Below are positions 56,948-64,000 of a stretch of DNA of 64,000 nt, piece by piece. The first letter of the stretch is position 1. Each line of letters begins with the position of its first letter. The DNA comes from Dehalococcoidia bacterium (GTDB lineage: Bacteria; Chloroflexota; Dehalococcoidia; Bin125). The stretch is taken from the NCBI GenBank assembly GCA_963663235.2, contig CAXXNO010000006.1, positions 128,001 to 192,000 of the forward strand, written 5' to 3'. A model generated the notes under the pieces. The model was given only the letters and a program-made list of their open reading frames with translations. It made no database searches and had not been told where the DNA came from. A program made the translations under genes and the position numbers.

Positions 56948-57859
56948 ATGGAGTTCGGCATCCATCTCCCGCAGCTGGGTTGGCGGGCGAACCGCGAGAG
57001 CGTCAAAGAGGTCGCGCAGCGCGCGGAGGCGCTGGGCTACGAATCGTGCTGGGTGAGCGACCACATCGCCATACCGGAGAAGATCGAGACGGAATACCCG
57101 ATGGGCGGAAAGTTTCCCGTGAGTCCCGACCTGCCCTGGCTCGATCCGCTGGGCACGCTGTGCTACGCAGCGGCTTGCACAGAGCGGGTGCGGCTGGGCA
57201 CGTCCGTGCTGGTGCTGCCGTGGCGGCTGCCCGTGCAGACCGCCAAACTTATCGCCACACTGGACCAGCTCTCGGGGGGACGCACGATCCTCGGCATTGG
57301 GGCGGGCTGGATGCCCGAAGAGTTCGCGGCGGTGGGGATGCCGTGGGACCATCGTGGGGCGCGGACCGACGAGCAGCTAGAAGTGTTCGACGCGCTCTTC
57401 ACCCAAGAGCGGCCCGAGTATCACGGCAAGTACTACGAATTCGAGCGGATCGGCTTCAATCCCAAGCCGTTCACGGGCAACCTGACCATCTGGGTAGGCG
57501 GTTTCTCCCCCGGGGCGTACCGGCGGGCGGGGCGGTGGGGGCAGGGGTTTCACGCCGCCTACGGCACGCCCGATCGGGTGGCCGCCCAATGGGCCGAGGT
57601 GCGGCGGGAGGCCGAAAAACAGGGACGGGATCCCGATTCGCTGACCCTGAGCACGCGCGTGTGGCTGGGCTACGGGATGGAAGAGCAGAGTGACGGATCG
57701 CTGTGGGGCAGCGATGAGCAGATGATCGACCTGCTGGGGCGCTGGGCGGAGATAGGGATGTCGCACGTGGTCATGGACGTGCTCTCGTCAGGGGGGATCC
57801 CCGGCCGGATCGAATCGATCGAGCGGTTCGCCAAGGAGGTCCGCCCGAAGCTGGGCTGA
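56948..57859 (+). CDS. LLM-class (probably F420-dependent) oxidoreductase
   Basis: AEALGYES.WVSDHI..P, DPL..L..AAA.T.RVRLGTSVLVLP and LSGGR.ILG.GAGW..EEF. Confidence 0.95.
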   Translation: MEFGIHLPQLGWRANRESVKEVAQRAEALGYESCWVSDHIAIPEKIETEYPMGGKFPVSPDLPWLDPLGTLCYAAACTERVRLGTSVLVLPWRLPVQTAKLIATLDQLSGGRTILGIGAGWMPEEFAAVGMPWDHRGARTDEQLEVFDALFTQERPEYHGKYYEFERIGFNPKPFTGNLTIWVGGFSPGAYRRAGRWGQGFHAAYGTPDRVAAQWAEVRREAEKQGRDPDSLTLSTRVWLGYGMEEQSDGSLWGSDEQMIDLLGRWAEIGMSHVVMDVLSSGGIPGRIESIERFAKEVRPKLG

Positions 57860-57902
57860 GGCCGCGCGGGCCACGCGCGCCCGTGTAATAGGCTGGGCGG
57901 AG

Positions 57903-58532
57903 ATGAGCAACGACCCCTTCAGCGAGGGTTCGAACGCCGCGCGCGACCGAATCAGCGGCTGGCTGGATTGGCTGCCACAATCGGAGGCGGCGCATCCGGC
58001 CAAGTTGTTGCCGCTGGTATTCCTCACCGTGGGCGGCGTTCTGATCATCATCGGGTCCGTTCTGCCCTGGTTCCAATCGAGCATCCCGATTATCGAGACG
58101 ATCGATGGCATCGATACCGTCACCGCGACGGCCCACACAAGCGAGCTCGGAGTCGAACGGACAAGCGGCCTTGTGGTCCTGGCGTTCGGCTTCGTCTTCA
58201 TCGCGTTCGCGACGGCGGTGTGGCGGTTTGGGCTCAAGGACCTCCTGGGGATCATCGCGCCGGCAATCGCCGGGATCCCGCTTGCCATCGCGCTCTTAGA
58301 GATCGACCGCGTCAGCGATGATGTCGCGACGCTGGAGAGCGTCGGAATCGGCTTGCCGATCCAGATCGACGCGTCGATTGGTGTGGGGATGTATGTTGCG
58401 CCGATCGGCGTGGTTCTGGGGCTGATCGGCGCGGTGCGGATCTTCCTCGCTTCCTACCGACTGCCGAGGCGGCTGGCCGAGCAAGCGCAACGGGACTCCG
58501 CGCAAAGCGGGGGACCGGGCCGACGCCGATAG
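57903..58532 (+). CDS. Hypothetical membrane protein
   Basis: Four hydrophobic segments, IGSVLPW motif, typical codon usage. Confidence 0.75.
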   Translation: MSNDPFSEGSNAARDRISGWLDWLPQSEAAHPAKLLPLVFLTVGGVLIIIGSVLPWFQSSIPIIETIDGIDTVTATAHTSELGVERTSGLVVLAFGFVFIAFATAVWRFGLKDLLGIIAPAIAGIPLAIALLEIDRVSDDVATLESVGIGLPIQIDASIGVGMYVAPIGVVLGLIGAVRIFLASYRLPRRLAEQAQRDSAQSGGPGRRR

Positions 58533-58694
58533 CAGCTGCCCGCCGGCCGGAATGTAAGCCCAGCGTAAGAGGCCGGTAAGCGTTCCGATCATTGCGGAGA
58601 TCGGGAGATCTGCGCGCGGAAGCGCTCCGTTAGCATTAACGAGAGCCTCTTTCAGGGTCCCGCGGGGGGACCACAGGGCGGGGAGGAGCCTCCG

Positions 58695-59789
58695 ATGCGT
58701 ACCGCCGTCATTTCCGTGGGGAGCGGGCTGGTCGCGGCCGTTGCGGCCGCCTTTATCGCACTGGCCATCGACGACGGGGGCACGACCGTCATCGAGCAAG
58801 CGGCGCCTGCGACCGAGGTGGTGGCCGACAGTCCGTTGGTCAGCAACACCTTGGAGCCGGAGCCGGCCGCGACGGAAGTCCCGGCCGCCCGTGTGGACGA
58901 TCCGGTCGTCGTGAACGCCTTTGACCCCGTCCAGATCTTCCAGACGGTCGAGGGTTCCGTGGTGAGCGTGCTCACGCCGGAGGGCGGCGGCAGCGGGTTC
59001 TTCATCGACGACGCGGGGCACGTGATCACGAACTACCACGTGGTGCAAGGGCACGACGAAGTCAGCATCGTGCTGAGCGACGGCACGAGCGTGACCGGGC
59101 GTGTGCTGGGCTTCGACAGCGCGAACGACCTGGCCGTGGTGGAGATCGACGCGACGGGAATGGTAATCACGCCGGTGCGGCTGGGAGACTCCAGCGCGCT
59201 GGTGGTCGGCGAGCCGGTTGTGGCGATCGGCAACCCGTTCGGGCTGGAGCGGACGCTGACGACGGGCGTGGTCTCGGCGGTGGGCCGTGTGCGGCCGCCG
59301 CTGCTCGATGGCGGCCGCGCGCAGCGGGGGCTGATCCAGACCGACGCCTCGGTGAACCCGGGGAACTCCGGCGGACCGCTGATCAACCAGGCCGGTGAGG
59401 TGATCGGGGTCAACGCCAGCGCCCAGAGCCCCATCCGCGGCTCGGTGGGCGTGAACTTCGCCATCCCGATTGCCCTGGTGGAGCGGTTCCTGCCGGACCT
59501 GATCGCGGGCGAAGTGATCCAGCACCCGTGGATCGGGATCGCGGGCGCGGCGGCGGACAGCGAGGCGGGCCTGCCAATCGGCGACGTGGTCGCGGACGGC
59601 CCGGCGGCGCAAGCGGGGCTGCAAGCGGGAGACCGCATCGTCGCGGTGGCCGGGGTGAACCTGGACAGTTTCGACGCGCTGGCGGAGTTGATCGATCAGC
59701 GGTCGGTGGGCGAGACGGTGCCGTTCGCCGTGCAGCGCGGCGCCGAGCGGCTCGACATCGCCGTCACGCTGGCGTCCTGGCCTGCTTGA
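58695..59789 (+). CDS. HtrA/DegP family serine protease (trypsin plus PDZ), copy 1
   Basis: GSGF, TNYHVV, DLAV, IQTDASVNPGNSGGPL and one PDZ domain. Confidence 0.96.
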   Translation: MRTAVISVGSGLVAAVAAAFIALAIDDGGTTVIEQAAPATEVVADSPLVSNTLEPEPAATEVPAARVDDPVVVNAFDPVQIFQTVEGSVVSVLTPEGGGSGFFIDDAGHVITNYHVVQGHDEVSIVLSDGTSVTGRVLGFDSANDLAVVEIDATGMVITPVRLGDSSALVVGEPVVAIGNPFGLERTLTTGVVSAVGRVRPPLLDGGRAQRGLIQTDASVNPGNSGGPLINQAGEVIGVNASAQSPIRGSVGVNFAIPIALVERFLPDLIAGEVIQHPWIGIAGAAADSEAGLPIGDVVADGPAAQAGLQAGDRIVAVAGVNLDSFDALAELIDQRSVGETVPFAVQRGAERLDIAVTLASWPA

Positions 59790-59817
59790 TCAGGCAATGG
59801 CGCGCTAGGCTGAGAGC

Positions 59818-60909
59818 GTGAGAACAGCCGTCATCGCGCTGATCAGCGGAGCGGCCGCGGGGATCGCGGCCGCTTTCATCGCGCTCGCGATCGACGACGG
59901 CGGGACCACGACCATCATCCGGGAAGCGCCGCCGGCAGAGGCGACCGTGGAGCCGGCCTCCACCGTGCAGCGGACCGCCGAGATCGGTGAGCCAGCGCCC
60001 GCGGAACCGGAGCCGCCCCCCGCCATCGCGACGGCGTTCGATCCGGCGGCGATCTTCAAGCAGATCGGGCCAGCCGTCGTCAGCATCGAGACGCAACAGG
60101 GGCTGGTGAGCGGCAGCGGCTTCATCGTGGACGGCGACGGCCACATCGTCACGAACTTCCACGTGGTGCAGGGCAGCAACAGTGTGAGCGTGGTCCTGGA
60201 CGACGAGACACGCGTGTCCGGGCAGGTGCTGGGATTCGATCGGGCGAACGACCTGGCGGTAGTGGCGATCGATCCGATCGGCGTGGAGCTGCGGCCGGCG
60301 CCGCTGGGTGACTCCGATGCGCTGATCGTGGGCGACCCGGTCGTCGCGATCGGCAATCCCTTCGGATTGGAGCGCACCCTGACCACCGGCGTGGTTTCAG
60401 CGCTGGGCCGGCTGCGCCCACCGCTCGAGGCCGGCGGGCGGCCGCAACGGGGGCTGATCCAAACCGACGCCGCGATCAACCCCGGGAACTCCGGGGGGCC
60501 GCTGATCAACGCGGCCGGCGAAGTGATCGGCGTGAACGCAAGCGCGGAGAGCCCGATCGACGGATCAGTAGGGGTCGGCTTTGCGATCCCATCGAGCATC
60601 GTGCAGCGGTTCCTGCCCGAGATGATCGCGGGGGAGGAGATCCTGCACCCCTGGCTGGGGATCAGCAGCGTGGAATCGGACGAGCCAGGACTGTTAATCG
60701 AGAGCGTGTTCGCGGACAGCCCCGCGGACGCGGGGGGGCTCCTGCCGGGCGACCGCTTGATCCGCGCGAACGGCGTCGCCATCGAGGGGTTCGAGGACCT
60801 GGCGGATCTGCTGGACGATCAGCGGGTGGGCGCCGTGGTGACGGTGGGGGTGGATCGGCAGGGCGAGAGCGTCGCGATCGAGATCACGCTGGCCGCCTGG
60901 CCGGGCTAA
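59818..60909 (+). CDS. HtrA/DegP family serine protease (trypsin plus PDZ), copy 2
   Basis: GSGF, TNFHVV and IQTDAAINPGNSGGPL; tandem paralogue. Confidence 0.96.
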   Translation: MRTAVIALISGAAAGIAAAFIALAIDDGGTTTIIREAPPAEATVEPASTVQRTAEIGEPAPAEPEPPPAIATAFDPAAIFKQIGPAVVSIETQQGLVSGSGFIVDGDGHIVTNFHVVQGSNSVSVVLDDETRVSGQVLGFDRANDLAVVAIDPIGVELRPAPLGDSDALIVGDPVVAIGNPFGLERTLTTGVVSALGRLRPPLEAGGRPQRGLIQTDAAINPGNSGGPLINAAGEVIGVNASAESPIDGSVGVGFAIPSSIVQRFLPEMIAGEEILHPWLGISSVESDEPGLLIESVFADSPADAGGLLPGDRLIRANGVAIEGFEDLADLLDDQRVGAVVTVGVDRQGESVAIEITLAAWPG

Positions 60910-62018
60910 GAGGGCGGCAGCGCGGTGGTGGCGGCCTGCACCGGCGGCGGATAGCGCTGTTCGGCGAAGAACTCCCACGTGATCCGCGAGATCTCCGCGA
61001 CCAAGCGCCAGGAGGATTGCTGGTCCAGATTGCGCTGCGTGTAGATGGCGAGGGCGTAGGCAAGCGGCCCGCCGGGTCGCTCGAACTGGACGAGAGCGAT
61101 GTCGTTGACGGCATCGGCGTTGAGCCAGGCGAGATCGGCGTCGGAGGGGATGATCCAGCCGATCTTGCGACGGAGCCGAACGCCGGGGGGAACGCCGGCG
61201 CTGATGCCATAGTCGACCAAGGTCGAATCCATGCGTTCGAGGAAGGCGTGACTGCCTTCGAGATCGAACACGTCGCCGTACCAGAGCGCGGCCAGCGTGT
61301 CCGTGGAGTCGAGCGCGGTCGAGAGGTTGCTGTTGGCGATGAAGCCGGGCGCCTGCTCCGTCAGGTAGCCGGGGTGGTGCGAGAGCACGGTGCGGTGGGC
61401 GCCGAAAGCCGCCGCCTCCTGGTTGATGGCATCGAAGCCGGCCATCTGAGCGAGGATCTCCGCGGCGAAGTTGGACTGCTCGATGAAGACGCCGTGGAGC
61501 AATCGATCCACGATCACGGGATTGAGAGCGCCATCCAAGAGCAAGCGCCAGGCGGCCAGCCCGATCCAAAGCTTGGCCACGCTGCCACTCACGTGGAGGG
61601 CCTGCCCGTTGATGTGGATGAGGTCGCCGGTCTGGAGATCTACCACCGCCACGGAGACATCGCCGAGGTGGTCTTGGACGAGATCATCGATTTGTCCACG
61701 GAGAGGGAGGAGGTCCGGGGCCTGATCACGATCGACGATGGTGGCGGCGCGCACCAGGAGGGGAGGCTGGGACGTGCGGGCGGCGACAGCATCGGCGAGG
61801 CGCGTATCTATCGCTGTGCTCGTCGCGGTTTCCGGTTCGGTTTGCGCTTCGGTTTGGCTAGACGAGAGGTGGACCAGCACGAGCAGCGAGAGCAGCACGG
61901 TCGCCGATATAGCGCCGAAGGCGAGCGCAGAGCGGAGCGGCACGGGCCCTTCCCTCATTCCGAAGGAAACGGTACCACGCAGGCTCGGGCATCGCGGGAG
62001 GTTAGGCGCGGAAGTCAA
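60906..62018 (-). CDS. Serine hydrolase, class A beta-lactamase/PBP-like fold, membrane anchored
   Basis: SVAK (SxxK), QSN in the SDN position, KIG (KTG) and NDIA.V; true start uncertain. Confidence 0.82.
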   Translation of the reverse strand: MTSAPNLPRCPSLRGTVSFGMREGPVPLRSALAFGAISATVLLSLLVLVHLSSSQTEAQTEPETATSTAIDTRLADAVAARTSQPPLLVRAATIVDRDQAPDLLPLRGQIDDLVQDHLGDVSVAVVDLQTGDLIHINGQALHVSGSVAKLWIGLAAWRLLLDGALNPVIVDRLLHGVFIEQSNFAAEILAQMAGFDAINQEAAAFGAHRTVLSHHPGYLTEQAPGFIANSNLSTALDSTDTLAALWYGDVFDLEGSHAFLERMDSTLVDYGISAGVPPGVRLRRKIGWIIPSDADLAWLNADAVNDIALVQFERPGGPLAYALAIYTQRNLDQQSSWRLVAEISRITWEFFAEQRYPPPVQAATTALPPS

Positions 62019-62235
62019 CCAGCGCGCCGAGCATGGTATCGGCGGCGCTGATCACCCAGAGAGAGGCCTGGGCGGTATAGGTGGCGACTTGAAGATCGAT
62101 GAGGGCCAAGGAATCGCTGGGAGCATGGTCAAGCGTGGTGGCGTCCGCGACGACGCGAGCGGCGCGCGACATAATCGTGGAGAGGGAGGACATCGACGGA
62201 CGACTGTACGTGAGGGGCTGAGAGTCGACAAGCAC
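62002..62235 (-). CDS. Small protein resembling the flagellar basal-body rod/hook C-terminal domain
   Basis: LIDLQVATYTAQASLWVISAADTMLGALVDFRA resembles the Flg_bbr_C pattern (..L..A...Y.AN..VI..AD.ML..L.D..). Confidence 0.55.
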   Translation of the reverse strand: MLVDSQPLTYSRPSMSSLSTIMSRAARVVADATTLDHAPSDSLALIDLQVATYTAQASLWVISAADTMLGALVDFRA

Positions 62236-62279
62236 AGCTGATCATCGACCGATTGCTGGGCCGGGGACAAAGCAGGCGC

Positions 62280-63005
62280 TCAGGTGGAGAGCGTGAACTC
62301 CCGCGCGAGCTCCTGGGGCTTCACGACGGTCACGCGCTGGCGGCGCAGATCGATGATGCCGCGCTGCCGCCAGATCTGGAGTTGCTTATTCACGGCGACG
62401 CGGCTGGCCCCGATCATGCTGGCGAGGTCCTGCTGACTGATGCGGAGTCCGATCTCCGTACCCGCCTCGGCCGGGACGCCGTGCTGCTCGACCAAGAGCA
62501 GCAGGCGGCGCGCCAGGCGGCCCGGCACGTCGAGCATGTAGGCGTCCTGAATGGAGAGGTTGGTCTGGCGCAAGCGGCGTACCAGGACGCCCACGAGGGC
62601 GCGGCAGGCGTCCGGGTAGCGCGTGAGGACTTGCTGGAAGTCCTGCCGGCTGAGGCTGAGCATCTCCGTGTCGTCCATGGTGGTGGCGGAGGCCGAGCGG
62701 CGATCGTCATCGAGGAGGGACATCTCGCCGAAGACGTCACCGGAGCGGAGGATGGCGAGCAGCACCTCGCGACCGTCGCGAGCCGGCACGAAGATCTTTA
62801 CCGCGCCCTGGACGACGATGTAGAGCATGGAGCCGACATCGTCGACGTGGAACACGGCGGTGCCAGCGCGGAAGCGGACAGGGCGGAGGCGCCGGGCCAG
62901 ATCCTGGAGCAACTCCGGCGACATCTCGCGGAAGAGCGGGACGCGCAAGAGCAGGTCGGACTTCCCGCCGGCGGAGCGGGCTTCGCCGGCCGCGTCAGAG
63001 AGCAT
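62280..63005 (-). CDS. CRP/FNR family transcriptional regulator
   Basis: VPLF, G.VKI, GDVFGEMSLLD...RSA and SQQDLASMIGASR..VN. Confidence 0.96.
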   Translation of the reverse strand: MLSDAAGEARSAGGKSDLLLRVPLFREMSPELLQDLARRLRPVRFRAGTAVFHVDDVGSMLYIVVQGAVKIFVPARDGREVLLAILRSGDVFGEMSLLDDDRRSASATTMDDTEMLSLSRQDFQQVLTRYPDACRALVGVLVRRLRQTNLSIQDAYMLDVPGRLARRLLLLVEQHGVPAEAGTEIGLRISQQDLASMIGASRVAVNKQLQIWRQRGIIDLRRQRVTVVKPQELAREFTLST

Positions 63006-63093
63006 TGGCTGTGCCGATCACCGTGGCGGCCGCCGGACGTCGACGGCCCCCGGCATGCTAATCGTCAGGCTGAGCCGTGGCGAGCGAACGGGG

Positions 63094-63279
63094 TCAGGCG
63101 GCGCGGCGGCGGGATCGCGGGGTGTAGGTGTCGCGCCGCACGGCGGCCACGGCGGGCAGGCGCTGCGTCTGCGCCCAGGATCTGTGGTCGGCGCCGGCCA
63201 ACAGGCCGCTCCGCCACTGCCAGATGAGCAGGCCCGTCGTGAAGAGCGTTAAGAAGGCAACGAGCACCAGCAAAGCCAT
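63094..63279 (-). CDS. 61-aa single-pass membrane protein, probably LexA-regulated
   Basis: MALLVLVAFLTLFTTGLLIWQW followed by a basic tail; SD GGGGAG upstream; downstream of an SOS promoter. Confidence 0.65.
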   Translation of the reverse strand: MALLVLVAFLTLFTTGLLIWQWRSGLLAGADHRSWAQTQRLPAVAAVRRDTYTPRSRRRAA

Positions 63280-63343
63280 AGAATCTCCCCGTCCGGTTGG
63301 ACACAGCCAGTAGAGGGCACCCCGCCACCACATCGGCCATGTG

Positions 63344-63396
63344 GAACAGGTGTTCGGAACAAACGGACTATAGAACGACCGTTCTGCCGTTGTCAA
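63344..63396 (-). promoter_or_regulatory. Sigma70 promoter with two LexA (SOS) boxes
   Basis: Minus-strand TTGACA (63396-63391)-N18-TATAGT (63372-63367); AGAAC-GACC-GTTCT at 63372-63385 and GAAC-AGGT-GTTC at 63344-63355. Confidence 0.82.
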
Positions 63397-63409
63397 CGAT
63401 CGGGAGGCC

Positions 63410-63913
63410 ATGCGCGAGAGTGGAAGCGTTTCAGAAGGAGAAACGCCCAGCCCCAGTGAACAGGCGCTGCGCGAGGCAAACCTGGAGCCGGAGCGGCTGG
63501 CGACGCTCATCGCGCTGGGCGAGGGGCTGGCGGCGATCGGGCGGCTGCGGAAGGGCCAGCGGGCGGGCCAGTTCGCCCTGCACAACTTTCTCGTCAGGGC
63601 GGCGTACGAGAGCACCGCAGAGGGCGAGCCAGAGGCGTTGGTCATCCTGATGCGAGCCGGGGTCTTTCGACGTCACACCTGGTTCCTGCACGTGCGGGGC
63701 CAGGGCGAAGCGCTGGATCTCGTCCTGCCGCGGGCGGTGGAGCAGGGCTGGGAGTGGTGGCGCGACATCGAGGAGGTCCGGGATCGGCTGGCGGACGGGG
63801 AGGCGTGGAACGAAGCGGTAGGGCGGCCGTTCGTCGAGGCGCAGCGGGAGCAGCGGCGGCGTCTATCGCAGGCGCGAGTGCAGGTGGGCAAGCGCGCCGA
63901 GGGAGCCGGCTGA
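63410..63913 (+). CDS. Hypothetical protein
   Basis: GGGAGG SD, 167-aa ORF with typical codon usage, no recognised motif. Confidence 0.7.
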   Translation: MRESGSVSEGETPSPSEQALREANLEPERLATLIALGEGLAAIGRLRKGQRAGQFALHNFLVRAAYESTAEGEPEALVILMRAGVFRRHTWFLHVRGQGEALDLVLPRAVEQGWEWWRDIEEVRDRLADGEAWNEAVGRPFVEAQREQRRRLSQARVQVGKRAEGAG

Positions 63914-63915
63914 GC

Positions 63916-64000
63916 TCAGTCGAACTGGGCGAGGAAGTCGCGCAACAGGTCGACCATGGAGTCCAAGCGCTCAACGGGCATCATATGGCCGCATCCTTCG
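63916..64000 (-). CDS. Alpha/beta hydrolase, C-terminal fragment (truncated by window edge)
   Basis: EGCGHMMPVERLDSMVDLLRDFLAQFD* matches the G-H..E....FL catalytic-His tail. Confidence 0.7.
   Translation of the reverse strand, partial: EGCGHMMPVERLDSMVDLLRDFLAQFD

Noticed and set aside
1-64000. tRNA, rRNA, tmRNA, prophage or integron
   Set aside because: No cloverleaf/T-loop signatures, rRNA motifs, integrase or phage structural genes recognised by eye; a tRNAscan-SE/Infernal run would be needed to exclude small RNAs fully

Overview
GC-rich (roughly 70%) bacterial chromosomal segment. The gene content points to Chloroflexota/Dehalococcoidia (SAR202/Tepidiformales-like); this is an inference from luciferase-like monooxygenases, several enoyl-CoA hydratases, EthD, a CoA-transferase III, an AGAAC-N4-GTTCT LexA box and lineage-typical secreted proteins. 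About 50 CDS are present: catabolic redox enzymes, glcDEF, gltBD, bioY, sppA, tandem HtrA proteases and several secreted multi-domain proteins. I found no rRNA, tRNA, CRISPR array or prophage. Main observations: (1) an apparently unnamed ~70-aa module occurs 7 times in 5 secreted proteins with four unrelated cargo types, at either the N- or C-terminus, and is a candidate envelope-anchoring or sorting system. (2) Two dead IS3-family copies are dominated by A:T->C:G transversions, and their flanks suggest a 16-kb inversion. (3) A near-consensus sigma70 promoter with two LexA boxes drives a 61-aa single-pass membrane protein, a candidate SOS division inhibitor or toxin. (4) A lower-GC PD-(D/E)xK nuclease gene sits inside an operon between 6-bp direct repeats. 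(5) A modular REP/BIME-like palindrome family is concentrated in the first 23 kb. Four single-base homopolymer frameshifts are probably long-read errors. All family calls come from motif recognition by eye; no database search was run.
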